Assembly: GCA_016180425.1 (NCBI GenBank)
Contig: JACPBF010000001.1
Coordinates: 76,744-140,743 of the forward strand
Source: Elusimicrobiota bacterium
GTDB taxonomy: Bacteria > Elusimicrobiota > Elusimicrobia > 2-02-FULL-39-32
Direction: 5' to 3'
DNA length: 64,000 nt
In this document: positions 1-9,604 of the stretch, piece after piece
How the letters are laid out: every line of letters begins with the position of its first letter
How positions within the stretch are numbered: position 1 is the first letter of the stretch
Notes under the pieces: generated by a model
Databases searched by the model: none
What the model was told of the DNA's origin: nothing
What the model saw: only the letters and a program-made list of their open reading frames with translations
Translations under genes and position numbers: made by a program

Positions 1-171
1 GTACACCTATTTTTTCTTTTGGTTGCTCCCAAAGACTCTGCTGGTCTTCACTTAAAAATACTCGCCAAAATTTCAAGGCTGCTCAAAGATAAATTTTTTC
101 GTCAAGCGCTGCGCGAATCCAGGAGTCCGGAGGAAGTGCTAAAACAGATTGAGCAGGAAAGCGAATATTAA
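1..171 (+). CDS. 3' end of an unidentified CDS (partial, last ~56 codons; ...ISRLLKDKFFRQALRESRSPEEVLKQIEQESEY*)
   Basis: Open frame running off the window start and ending at TAA 169-171. Too short to assign; possibly PTS EIIA-like given the downstream hprK/rapZ context. Confidence 0.3.
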   Translation, partial: VHLFFLLVAPKDSAGLHLKILAKISRLLKDKFFRQALRESRSPEEVLKQIEQESEY

Positions 172-189
172 ATTTCTATTTAAAATCCC

Positions 190-1215
190 ATGCCTTTAAG
201 CGTTGAAGAATTCTTTAAAGAAAAAGGGAATGATCTTCAACTAGAAATCTTAAGCGGTTCGCAAGGGTTGCAAAGAGAAATAGCGGTTATAGATTTAAAC
301 CGGCCCGGCCTTGCTCTAGGCGGATTCTTAGAAAATTTCCGATGGGAAAGGATCCAGGTGATTGGCAGAGGTGAACATGCCTACATCAATCATATTACTC
401 AAAAACAATCCCTTGAACCTTTAAAAAGTTTCCTCAAATTTAAAACTCCCTGTTTAATCTTAACCCACAACTCAAGACCAAAAACAGAACTAATAGAACT
501 TTCTAACCAATTCCAAGTTCCACTTTTTGTCAGCGGTCTGCAAACCGCGACCTTGATCGCGGAACTCTCTAATTATCTAGAAGAAAAGCTTTCTCCTACG
601 ATTACAATCCATGGGGTCTTAGTCGAAGTCTATGGTCTGGGAGTACTCATTTCTGGAAATTCAGGAATAGGAAAATCGGAATGCGCTTTAGAACTGATTA
701 AAAGAGGACATATGCTGGTTTCAGATGATGTGGTTAAAGTCCAACACCGCTCAGGAGGCATCTTAATTGGCAAGCCAGCCAATGAAATGATTAAACACCA
801 CATGGAAGTTCGGGGCTTAGGCATCATAGATGTTAAACAGCTATTTGGAGTGAGCGCGATCCTGGATTTTAGCCGAATAGAATTAGCGATTCATCTGGAA
901 ATGTGGGATGAGACTAAAGAATATGACCGTGTGGGCTTAGAAGAACATTCCTTAGAAGTTTTAGGAGTAAGGATACCTAGAATTATCATGCCTGTAAGAC
1001 CAGGAAGAAATTTAGCGATCTTAATAGAAGTGGCAGCTCTCTACCAAAGGTTAAAAGCCCGAGGCATTAATGCGGCTCAAGAAATGGAGAATAATTTATT
1101 AAACTCCTTCACTAAAAGTTCTCAACAAACCCAAACTCAAACCAAACAGGTCAGTCAAAGCGTCACCCGGCAATCCAGAGAAGGTCAGGGAAAAACTCCT
1201 TATAGAAGACGTTAA
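190..1215 (+). CDS. hprK: HPr kinase/phosphorylase
   Basis: 341 aa. P-loop GNSGIGKSECALELIKRGHMLVSDD is characteristic of HprK/P. Q/T-rich low-complexity C-terminal tail. Confidence 0.9.
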   Translation: MPLSVEEFFKEKGNDLQLEILSGSQGLQREIAVIDLNRPGLALGGFLENFRWERIQVIGRGEHAYINHITQKQSLEPLKSFLKFKTPCLILTHNSRPKTELIELSNQFQVPLFVSGLQTATLIAELSNYLEEKLSPTITIHGVLVEVYGLGVLISGNSGIGKSECALELIKRGHMLVSDDVVKVQHRSGGILIGKPANEMIKHHMEVRGLGIIDVKQLFGVSAILDFSRIELAIHLEMWDETKEYDRVGLEEHSLEVLGVRIPRIIMPVRPGRNLAILIEVAALYQRLKARGINAAQEMENNLLNSFTKSSQQTQTQTKQVSQSVTRQSREGQGKTPYRRR

Positions 1216-1234
1216 CAATTTTAACGTATTAACT

Positions 1235-2140
1235 ATGAAGCAAATCAATAAAAGAAGAAAAATATTCAATCGTTCACAAAAAAAAATTTCTAAATTTTTG
1301 TGCGTGATCGTCACTGGAATTTCCGGGGCAGGAAAAAGCCAGGCGATTAAATGTCTAGAAGATTTTGAATTTTTTTGTGTGGACAACCTGCCTGCGCCTC
1401 TTATTCCAAAATTTGCAGACTTAATTTTAGAGTCTGGCAACAGCATGCAGAAAGTAGCTTTAGGGATTGACCTAAGAGAAGGAAAATTCTTTAAAGATCT
1501 GTCTAAAGATCTGCAAAAATTCAAAGAAAAAAAGATCAATACATGGATCCTTTTTTTAGATGCGGATCATGGCACGTTAGTAAAAAGATTTTCCGAAACG
1601 CGCAGGCGCCATCCTACGGGAAAAGGAATTGAAGAAGGCATAAAAGAAGAAAGAAAAAGTTTAAGAGAGATTAGAGCTGTGGCGGACAAAATCATTGACA
1701 CCACCAGCCTAACCCTATCCGAATTAAAAGAGATGGTAGCCTCTTCTTTACCCACAACCCCAGAAAGGAGCCTGCATATATCAATTTATTCTTTTGGCTA
1801 TAAATACGGCATTCCAGCCGATGCGGATATGGTCTGGGATGTTCGTTTTCTGCCCAATCCAAATTATGTTCCATCTTTGCATCAGAAAACAGGACTTTCA
1901 CAAGCTGTAAGAAATTATGTGTTAAAAAAAAAAGAGACCCCTCTTTTTTTAAAAAAAATCTTTTCAATTCTTTCTTTTTGTCTGCCCAAATATATCAAGG
2001 AAGGAAAATCGCACCTCACCATAGCGATTGGCTGCACGGGCGGCAGGCACCGATCTGTAACCATAGCGGAGTCCCTAGCTTCTTACCTTAAAAAAAATGA
2101 ATATCCGGTTACCATCCACCATAGAGATTTAGATCATTAG
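1235..2140 (+). CDS. rapZ: RNase adapter / nucleotide-binding protein RapZ (YvcJ family)
   Basis: 301 aa. N-terminal Walker A VIVTGISGAGKS. Conserved position directly after hprK. Confidence 0.85.
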   Translation: MKQINKRRKIFNRSQKKISKFLCVIVTGISGAGKSQAIKCLEDFEFFCVDNLPAPLIPKFADLILESGNSMQKVALGIDLREGKFFKDLSKDLQKFKEKKINTWILFLDADHGTLVKRFSETRRRHPTGKGIEEGIKEERKSLREIRAVADKIIDTTSLTLSELKEMVASSLPTTPERSLHISIYSFGYKYGIPADADMVWDVRFLPNPNYVPSLHQKTGLSQAVRNYVLKKKETPLFLKKIFSILSFCLPKYIKEGKSHLTIAIGCTGGRHRSVTIAESLASYLKKNEYPVTIHHRDLDH

Positions 2141-2149
2141 AGAACTATC

Positions 2150-2575
2150 ATGATAGGAATTATTATTGTGACACACTTAGATATTGCATCCCCTCTCATA
2201 CAAGAGGCAGAAAGAGTGCTTGCCAAAAAACTCAACATGCTGATCGGCATTAACCTCCATTCTTATGAATCCTCCCAGGCTTTAAACGCGAAAATCTGTG
2301 ATGCGATTCAATTTTTAAAAAAAACAGATGAAGGCTGCTCCGGCATTCTTATCCTATCTGATCTATTTGGCAGCACGCCCACAAATGTGTGTGTGTCTCA
2401 ACTAAAATCTAAAGAAACTGATATAGAAATTCTGACCGGGGTCAATTTACCCATGCTAATCTCTTCTCTCACCTACAGAGATCGGCTGGATCTTAAATCC
2501 CTTGCGGACAAAGTTCTTCTGGACGGGCAAAAGGGGATACAACGCATTAAAAATTTTGCTCCAACTTCTTCTTAA
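2150..2575 (+). CDS. PTS EIIA component, mannose/fructose family
   Basis: 141 aa. N-terminal IGIIIVTHLDIA carries the phospho-His typical of the EIIA-Man fold. No EIIB/C/D partners in the window. Confidence 0.7.
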   Translation: MIGIIIVTHLDIASPLIQEAERVLAKKLNMLIGINLHSYESSQALNAKICDAIQFLKKTDEGCSGILILSDLFGSTPTNVCVSQLKSKETDIEILTGVNLPMLISSLTYRDRLDLKSLADKVLLDGQKGIQRIKNFAPTSS

Positions 2576-2669
2576 ATTAAAATAGTTCATGCCCAATGAG
2601 TCATTTCTACTACGAAAACGCTTTCTAAGCATGAACTAAAATAAATTCTATAAACATAAAAACTTAGCT

Positions 2670-4817
2670 ATGGGAGAAATCGTATTTTTATTTGGCATTC
2701 ACAATCACCAGCCTATTGGAAATTTGGAAAATGTTTTTGAAGAGGCTTATGAAAAATCTTACCTCCCATTTTTAAAGGTAGTAGCCCGGCACCCAACGTT
2801 CCGTTGGAATTTACACTGTACTGGGATCCTTTGGGAATGGCTGGAACAAAAACATCCGGAATATGGAGAATCTGTGGCTAAAATGATAGAAGAAGGAAGA
2901 TGCGAACTTCTGTCTGGAGGCTATTATGAACCTATCCTCCCAGTGATTCCAGATCCAGATAAAATTGGGCAAATACAAAAACTGAATCAAGTTCTTAAAA
3001 ATCGCTTTAAGGTCTCCCCAAAAGGAATGTGGTGTGCGGAACGAGTTTGGGAGCCGCACTTACCTAAGCCAATTCGGCAAGCTCAGTTGGAATATACGCT
3101 TTTAGATGACACCCATTTTCTTTCTGCGGGGATGAGCCCTGATCAACTGCATGGCTACTACAAAGTAGAGGAAGAAAATAACGTGATTGATATTTTTCCT
3201 ATCTCAAAAGAATTAAGATACCTGATCCCCTTTGAAACTCCTGAAAAAACAATTGACTGGTTTAAAAAAGTTGCCGATAGAAAAAAGGACAGACTTTTAA
3301 GTTTCCTGATGGCAGATGATGGGGAAAAATTTGGGTTTTGGCCTAAAACTTACAAAAGAGTTTATGAAGATAGGTGGTTGGAACACTTTTTAGAGCTTTT
3401 AGAAAAAAATAACTCTTGGTTAAAGACCGATACGATTTCAAACTTTCGAGAAAAAAATAAACCCGAAGGACGAGTTTATTTGCCTTGCGCCTCTTATTTT
3501 GAAATGTCAGAATGGTCTTTACCCACAAAATCCGCGCAAAATCTTGAAAAAATAGTGGATCATTTAAAGTCCCTGCCTGAGGGCGAGAACATTAAAAATT
3601 TTATCCAAGGAGGCATTTGGAGAAACTTTTTGGCAAAATATGATGAAGCGAATTTAATGTATAAAAAGATGTTAAGGATATCCAAAAAACTGCATGATTT
3701 AGAAAAGCCGCTCAAAAATTTTAAACACCATAAAAAAAATTTTAATCAAGCATTAAATTACTTATGGGGCGCTCAATGTAATTGCGCTTACTGGCATGGA
3801 GTGTTTGGAGGCCTTTATCTCCCTTTTTTAAGACAAGCTATTTTCAAAAATTTAATTTTAGCGGAAAAAACGATGGATTTAATTGTGGGGTCAGATGAGC
3901 CTCCTAAAAAAATTAAAACAGAACCTCTTTCTATTAAAAAAACTGATTTTGACGGGGATGGGGAGGAGGAGATCTTAATTGAAACTCCCATCCACAATTT
4001 TTACATAGCCCCTCATAAAGGCGGAGCGCTTTTTGAACTAGACTTTAAGAAATGCGCTTTAAATATTACTAATGTGCTCACCCGAAGAGCTGAGCACTAT
4101 CATGATAAAATCCTAAAAAATCAGCAAAATAAAGAGGATGCCGGCGAAGTAAAAACAATCCACCAGATTGTTCATTCAAAAGAAAAAAACATACATGAAT
4201 ATCTAAATATTGATTGGTATCAAAGATTAAATCTTCTAGACCATTTTTTACACCCGCACACCACGACTGAAACTTTTATTCAATGCCAATATGGAGAACA
4301 GGGTGATTTTGTCCTTGGAAACTATGCCGCTTTAATTAAAAAAGAGAAGGAGGCTCTTTCTTTGAAACTTCGCAGGGATGGCGTTGTATGGGTGGAAGAC
4401 CAAAAAAAAGAGTTGAGGATACTTAAAGAAATCAGGATTCCTGAACCGCATCTTAAAAATCCATTAAATCAAAACCTAGAATTTAAAATTTTATATAAAA
4501 TCACCAATCTTTCTAATGGGCCAACCGGCGGGTTGTGGTTTGCTCCGGAATTTAATTTTTCTTTTTCAACCCCGGAAACTAAAATCTCTCATCCTCAGCT
4601 TAAAATTTGGCAAAAAAAAGATCCGCACTTTTTCTGGCAGATGTCTGTAGAGTTTTCAGAGCTCACAGATTTATGGACCCTGCCTTTAGAAACTGTTTCT
4701 AACTCTGAAAGCGGTTTTGAAAAAACTTTTCAAGGGATCATATTCCTGCCTCATTGGAAATTTAGTTTAGAGCCTGATCAATCTTTTGAGAGAAGTTTAA
4801 ATTTTAGGTTAGAATAA
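2670..4817 (+). CDS. glycoside hydrolase family 57 protein (alpha-glucan processing; amylase / 4-alpha-glucanotransferase / branching-enzyme class)
   Basis: 715 aa. N-terminal FLFGIHNHQPIGN motif and overall GH57 architecture. Confidence 0.8.
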   Translation: MGEIVFLFGIHNHQPIGNLENVFEEAYEKSYLPFLKVVARHPTFRWNLHCTGILWEWLEQKHPEYGESVAKMIEEGRCELLSGGYYEPILPVIPDPDKIGQIQKLNQVLKNRFKVSPKGMWCAERVWEPHLPKPIRQAQLEYTLLDDTHFLSAGMSPDQLHGYYKVEEENNVIDIFPISKELRYLIPFETPEKTIDWFKKVADRKKDRLLSFLMADDGEKFGFWPKTYKRVYEDRWLEHFLELLEKNNSWLKTDTISNFREKNKPEGRVYLPCASYFEMSEWSLPTKSAQNLEKIVDHLKSLPEGENIKNFIQGGIWRNFLAKYDEANLMYKKMLRISKKLHDLEKPLKNFKHHKKNFNQALNYLWGAQCNCAYWHGVFGGLYLPFLRQAIFKNLILAEKTMDLIVGSDEPPKKIKTEPLSIKKTDFDGDGEEEILIETPIHNFYIAPHKGGALFELDFKKCALNITNVLTRRAEHYHDKILKNQQNKEDAGEVKTIHQIVHSKEKNIHEYLNIDWYQRLNLLDHFLHPHTTTETFIQCQYGEQGDFVLGNYAALIKKEKEALSLKLRRDGVVWVEDQKKELRILKEIRIPEPHLKNPLNQNLEFKILYKITNLSNGPTGGLWFAPEFNFSFSTPETKISHPQLKIWQKKDPHFFWQMSVEFSELTDLWTLPLETVSNSESGFEKTFQGIIFLPHWKFSLEPDQSFERSLNFRLE

Positions 4818-4840
4818 AATAAAAAAGATATAATAAATTA

Positions 4841-5107
4841 ATGATAGAGCATATTTTAAAAGTTGAAAATCAGCTTGGGTTACATGCAAGGCCGGCAGCC
4901 CAATTTGTGCAGACCACCAATAAATTTAAATCTAAAATCCGCGTGCTTAAAGATGGCATGGAAGTGGATGGCAAATCCATCATGGGCCTTCTTACTCTTG
5001 CCGCGGCCATGGGTTCTAACCTAAAAGTGATTATTGAAGGAGAGGATGAAAACCATATGGTAGAGACGCTAAAAAAACTTTTTGAAACTAAATTTGGAGA
5101 GGATTAA
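4841..5107 (+). CDS. ptsH: phosphocarrier protein HPr
   Basis: 88 aa; ...GLHARPAA... with His15 context. GxxGKS-like region containing the Ser46 regulatory site. Confidence 0.9.
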   Translation: MIEHILKVENQLGLHARPAAQFVQTTNKFKSKIRVLKDGMEVDGKSIMGLLTLAAAMGSNLKVIIEGEDENHMVETLKKLFETKFGED

Positions 5108-5115
5108 AAACCCCA

Positions 5116-6831
5116 ATGGATTCAAAACTTTTTCATGGCATTGCAGCTTCCCCTGGAATAGGGGTAGGAAAAATTTTTCTTCTTGAGAAAGAAGAGCTGA
5201 TCATTGTCAAAAAAGAGATCAAAAAAGAAGATCTTAAAAAAGAGGTTTTAAGATTTGAAAAAGCTTTAAATAACACCAAAAAGGAGATGGCAGAAAATAA
5301 AGAAGAAATGCTTAAACTCCTGGGAAAAACTCATGCTCGGCTTGCGGATGCTTATCTCCTTATCTTGGAAGACCCTATTTTAACCACGGATATTGAAAAA
5401 CAGATCCTAAAGGAAAGAATCAACGCTGAATTTGCCATTGAAAGAGCTTTAGAAAAAGTAATGCATGCCTTTGAAACCATGGAAGATGATTATTTCCGTG
5501 AGAGGATGAATGATATTGTTGAGGTCAGCCAAAAAATTATCAGACATCTTTTAGGTAAAAAAAGAAAGGGTCTTGCTGAAATGACGGAAGAATCCATTGT
5601 GGTAGCTCATAATCTGCTTCCTTCTGATACGATTGCTTTAAAAACAGATCTGATTAAAGGCTTTGCCATTGACGTAGGCGGTAAAACCAGCCATACCGCG
5701 CTTTTAGCGCAAAGTTTAGAAATTCCAGCTGTTGTAGGTTTAAAAGAGATTACTTCCAATACGGAAGCTGGCCAAAAAATGATTGTGGATGGAAATCAAG
5801 GAATAGTGATTATAGAACCAAACCCTACTGCGATTAAAAATTATCGCAGGGAAAAAGAGATACAAAATAAAGAAATACAGGAGCTGATTAAATTAAGAGA
5901 CCTGCCGGCTCAAACCCTGGATGGCAAAAGAATTGAACTTTCTGCCAATATTGAAACAGCGGATGACATTAAAAATGTGCTTTATTACGGCTCTGAAGGA
6001 ATCGGACTTTTCCGCACTGAATATCTTTTTTTAAACCGTTCAGATTTACCTTCAGAGGAAGAACAAGTTGAACACTATGCCCGGGTAGCAAAACAGATGA
6101 TGCCCTACCAAACCCTTTTTAGAACCTTGGATATTGGGGGGGATAAACTCACCTCTTTTATTGACGGCTATGCGCAAGAAAGCAATCCTTTTTTAGGGCT
6201 TAGGGCTTTGCGGTTTTGCTTAAAATATCCTGAAATTTTTAAAACACAACTGCGAGCGATCTTACGCGCTAGCAAAGAAGGAAATGTAAGAGTGATGTTT
6301 CCCATGGTCAGCGGGTTGGATGAATTTATGCAAGGCAAAGCTATTTTAGAATCCATAAAAGAGGAATTGATTAAAGAAAAAAAATTAATGGATCCTAAAA
6401 TAGAAGTTGGCGTTATGATAGAAGTTCCTTCTGCGGCGATCATTGCTGACTTACTCGCGCAAAAAGCGGATTTTCTTTCTATTGGGACTAATGATTTAAT
6501 CCAATACACTCTGGCTGTAGATCGAGTGAATGAAAACGTCGCCTCTTTATATGATCCCAGACACCTTTCTATTTTACGGCTGATTAAAACCATTGTAGAT
6601 GCTGCGCATAATTATGGAAAGTGGGTCGGGATTTGCGGTGAGATGGCTTCTGACATCCATTTTACTAAGTTACTTTTAGGGTTGGGGCTGGATGAGTTTT
6701 CCGTAGTGCCTGCTTTTATTCCCAGACTAAAAAAAATTATCCGTTCTACTGACCTTAAAGATGCAAAAAAACTTGTAGATGAAGAAATGACTTCAGCAAC
6801 TAGAAATCTGCTGGAAGAAACTCTTGATTAA
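5116..6831 (+). CDS. ptsI: phosphoenolpyruvate-protein phosphotransferase (PTS enzyme I)
   Basis: 571 aa; GGKTSHTALLAQSLEIPAVVG phospho-His domain and PEP-utilising C-terminal domain. Confidence 0.9.
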   Translation: MDSKLFHGIAASPGIGVGKIFLLEKEELIIVKKEIKKEDLKKEVLRFEKALNNTKKEMAENKEEMLKLLGKTHARLADAYLLILEDPILTTDIEKQILKERINAEFAIERALEKVMHAFETMEDDYFRERMNDIVEVSQKIIRHLLGKKRKGLAEMTEESIVVAHNLLPSDTIALKTDLIKGFAIDVGGKTSHTALLAQSLEIPAVVGLKEITSNTEAGQKMIVDGNQGIVIIEPNPTAIKNYRREKEIQNKEIQELIKLRDLPAQTLDGKRIELSANIETADDIKNVLYYGSEGIGLFRTEYLFLNRSDLPSEEEQVEHYARVAKQMMPYQTLFRTLDIGGDKLTSFIDGYAQESNPFLGLRALRFCLKYPEIFKTQLRAILRASKEGNVRVMFPMVSGLDEFMQGKAILESIKEELIKEKKLMDPKIEVGVMIEVPSAAIIADLLAQKADFLSIGTNDLIQYTLAVDRVNENVASLYDPRHLSILRLIKTIVDAAHNYGKWVGICGEMASDIHFTKLLLGLGLDEFSVVPAFIPRLKKIIRSTDLKDAKKLVDEEMTSATRNLLEETLD

Positions 6832-6872
6832 AAAAAGAACTTTTTGATTTTTAAAACTACTTTTTAGACACC

Positions 6873-8702
6873 ATGTCAGAAACAAATCAAACCCAAGCCC
6901 CGCTTATCAATATCAGAAACTTCTGTATCATTGCTCACATTGATCATGGCAAATCTACTTTGGCGGATCGTCTCTTAGAAAAAACTGGAACCATACCCAT
7001 GAGGCAGATGCAAGCACAGGTTCTGGACAGAATGGATTTAGAACGGGAACGAGGCATTACAATCAAAGCAAAAGCGGTGCGAATGATCTACAAGAATCAA
7101 TTTATTCTGGATTTAATTGATACCCCTGGCCATGTTGATTTTTCCTATGAAGTGAGCCGTTCCCTGGCAGCTTGCGAAGGAGCTCTTTTAGTTGTGGATG
7201 CTTCTCAAGGGGTAGAAGCCCAAACTCTTGCCAACACATTGCTTGCCCAGGAAAGCGGATTAGAACTTATTCCAGTGATTAATAAAATTGATTTACCTCA
7301 AGCTGATATTGAAGGAACAGCGCGGCAAATAAAAGATATTTTAAAAATTGAAAAAAAAGCGATTGCTATAAGCGCAAAAGAAGGCAAAGGGATTGAAGAA
7401 CTCTTAGATATGATTGTAGAGCTGATCCCTCCGCCAAAAGGAGAAGTTAAAGAGCCGCTTTCAGCGCTTGTATTTGATTCTCTTTACGATCCTTACAAAG
7501 GAGTGATTATTTTTGTTCGAGTTTTTTCTGGTCTTATCCAACCTAAAAAAACCCTTCTTTTTCTCTCCAATGGCATTGAGCTGACTCCCGAAGAAGTGGG
7601 ATACCTAACTCCCTTACCCTCTAAATCAAATCAAATTATGACAGGCGAGGTAGGTTACGTGGTAACTGGATTAAAAGATATTCACCTCATTCAAATTGGA
7701 GATACGCTTACGGAAAAATTTAACCCAACAAGCAAATCTCTTCCGGGCTATCGGCCTACCAAACCTTTTGTATTTGCCGGGCTTTATCCACCCAACCCTT
7801 CTGAATACGAAACCCTGAAAAATGCCTTAGAAAAACTACATCTGTCAGATTCTTCCTTTCAATTCCAGCCAGAATCAAGTAATGCTTTAGGTTTTGGATA
7901 CCGATGCGGATTTCTTGGCCTTCTTCATTTGGAAATCATTAAAGAACGATTGCTAAGAGAATTTTCAATAGATGTGCTTTTAACCTCCCCTAATGTTATC
8001 TATCAAATAAAAACAAAACAGGATAAAGGTCAGGCAAGCGATTCTGTAGAAATTGATTCTCCTTCTAAATTTCCCTCCTATGATCAAATTGACTCAATCG
8101 CGGAACCAATTGTTAACACCATGCTGCTCCTGCCGGCAGAATATGTGGGCCCTGTCATGCAAATGGCAAAAGAAAGAAGAGGGGAATTTAAGGACATGCG
8201 TTATTTAACTCCGGAGCGCGTGCTTTTAAGGTATCATATGCCTCTTGCTGAAATTATCATTGACTTTCATGACGCGTTAAAATCTTTAACTAAAGGATAC
8301 GCCTCCTTTGATTATGAACCTGTTGGTTACAGGAAAGATGATCTGGTAAAATTAGAAATTCTCATACACCATGAGGTGGTAGATGCTTTTAGCTCTATAG
8401 CGCACAAAGACAAAGCCTATTCACAGGGAAAAGCTCTTGTAGAAAAATTAAGAGAATTGATCCCGAAACATCTTTTTGAAATCGCGATTCAAGCGCAAGT
8501 GCATAACAAAATCATCGCTAGAGAAACCATTAAAGCCTTTCGAAAAGACGTGATCGCTAAATGTTATGGGGGGGATATTACGCGCAAAAGAAAACTGCTA
8601 GAGAAACAAAAAGAGGGAAAAAGAAAAATGAAGCAGATCGGAAATGTAGAAATTCCTAATGAAGCGTTTCTTTCTATCCTACAATTATCCAAAAAACCAT
8701 AA
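6873..8702 (+). CDS. lepA: elongation factor 4 (LepA)
   Basis: 609 aa; G-domain NIRNFCIIAHIDHGKSTLADRLL and DTPGHVDF; LepA-specific C-terminal domain. Followed directly by lepB as in the classical operon. Confidence 0.95.
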   Translation: MSETNQTQAPLINIRNFCIIAHIDHGKSTLADRLLEKTGTIPMRQMQAQVLDRMDLERERGITIKAKAVRMIYKNQFILDLIDTPGHVDFSYEVSRSLAACEGALLVVDASQGVEAQTLANTLLAQESGLELIPVINKIDLPQADIEGTARQIKDILKIEKKAIAISAKEGKGIEELLDMIVELIPPPKGEVKEPLSALVFDSLYDPYKGVIIFVRVFSGLIQPKKTLLFLSNGIELTPEEVGYLTPLPSKSNQIMTGEVGYVVTGLKDIHLIQIGDTLTEKFNPTSKSLPGYRPTKPFVFAGLYPPNPSEYETLKNALEKLHLSDSSFQFQPESSNALGFGYRCGFLGLLHLEIIKERLLREFSIDVLLTSPNVIYQIKTKQDKGQASDSVEIDSPSKFPSYDQIDSIAEPIVNTMLLLPAEYVGPVMQMAKERRGEFKDMRYLTPERVLLRYHMPLAEIIIDFHDALKSLTKGYASFDYEPVGYRKDDLVKLEILIHHEVVDAFSSIAHKDKAYSQGKALVEKLRELIPKHLFEIAIQAQVHNKIIARETIKAFRKDVIAKCYGGDITRKRKLLEKQKEGKRKMKQIGNVEIPNEAFLSILQLSKKP

Positions 8703-8713
8703 AGGACGCCTTA

Positions 8714-9598
8714 ATGAAACCAGCGGAAAATAATAGCGAATCTTACCACCTATTCCTTTTCTGGCTCCTATCCATTTGCGGGTTAGGGATCATAGGATGG
8801 AAATTCTTTGCTTGCCAAGAAGAACCCATGGAAACTAAAGTCATTTATGTTTTCTCCACATTCCTAGCCGCCTCTTTTCTTTTTCGATGGATTAGAAAAA
8901 AAAGCTCTGGAGTCAAAATTGAAAAATGGACTAGAGAAGCGATTGAATGGTCTGACACTGGCGTATCTGCGGTTCTATTGGCATTCTTAATCATGGCATT
9001 CTTGATCCAAGCTTTTAAAATCCCTTCTGGTTCCATGCGTCCAACCCTGGAGATTGGAGATCATCTGTTTGTGAACAAATTTATTTATGGCACGCAGATT
9101 CCATTTACATCTAAAAAGTTGTGGGATTTTAAGGAAGTCAAAAGATTTGATGTGGTTGTTTTTTTGTGCCCTCCCAATGCCCTGTCTGAAGAGGAAAGGA
9201 AAAAAGGGATAAAAAAAGATTTTATAAAAAGAGCCATTGGGCTGCCTGGAGACATGATAGAGATAAAAAATAAGATGCTGTTCATTAATGGGAAAAAAAT
9301 GGATGACATTCACGGACATTTTTTGCATCCAACAATTTATGCAAAGTCAAAATTTTATAAAAATGAGGTGGAATACCAAAAAAATTGGGAAAACGGAGAT
9401 TTCATTTATTTGCCTGCAGAAGCGATCCGAGACAATTTTGGTCCTATCAAAGTGCCGGAAAAACATTTTTTTGTCATGGGAGACAATCGGGATGGATCCT
9501 TTGATTCCAGATTTTGGGGACCACTCTCAGAAAAACAAATAAAAGGCAGGGCCTGGCTCCTCTACTGGCCGTTCACTAGATTTAAAATAATTCATTAA
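8714..9598 (+). CDS. lepB: signal peptidase I
   Basis: 294 aa; N-terminal TM segment, SGSMRPTL catalytic Ser box, GDNRDGSFDSRFWG box. Confidence 0.85.
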   Translation: MKPAENNSESYHLFLFWLLSICGLGIIGWKFFACQEEPMETKVIYVFSTFLAASFLFRWIRKKSSGVKIEKWTREAIEWSDTGVSAVLLAFLIMAFLIQAFKIPSGSMRPTLEIGDHLFVNKFIYGTQIPFTSKKLWDFKEVKRFDVVVFLCPPNALSEEERKKGIKKDFIKRAIGLPGDMIEIKNKMLFINGKKMDDIHGHFLHPTIYAKSKFYKNEVEYQKNWENGDFIYLPAEAIRDNFGPIKVPEKHFFVMGDNRDGSFDSRFWGPLSEKQIKGRAWLLYWPFTRFKIIH

Positions 9599-9604
9599 AT
9601 TTTA

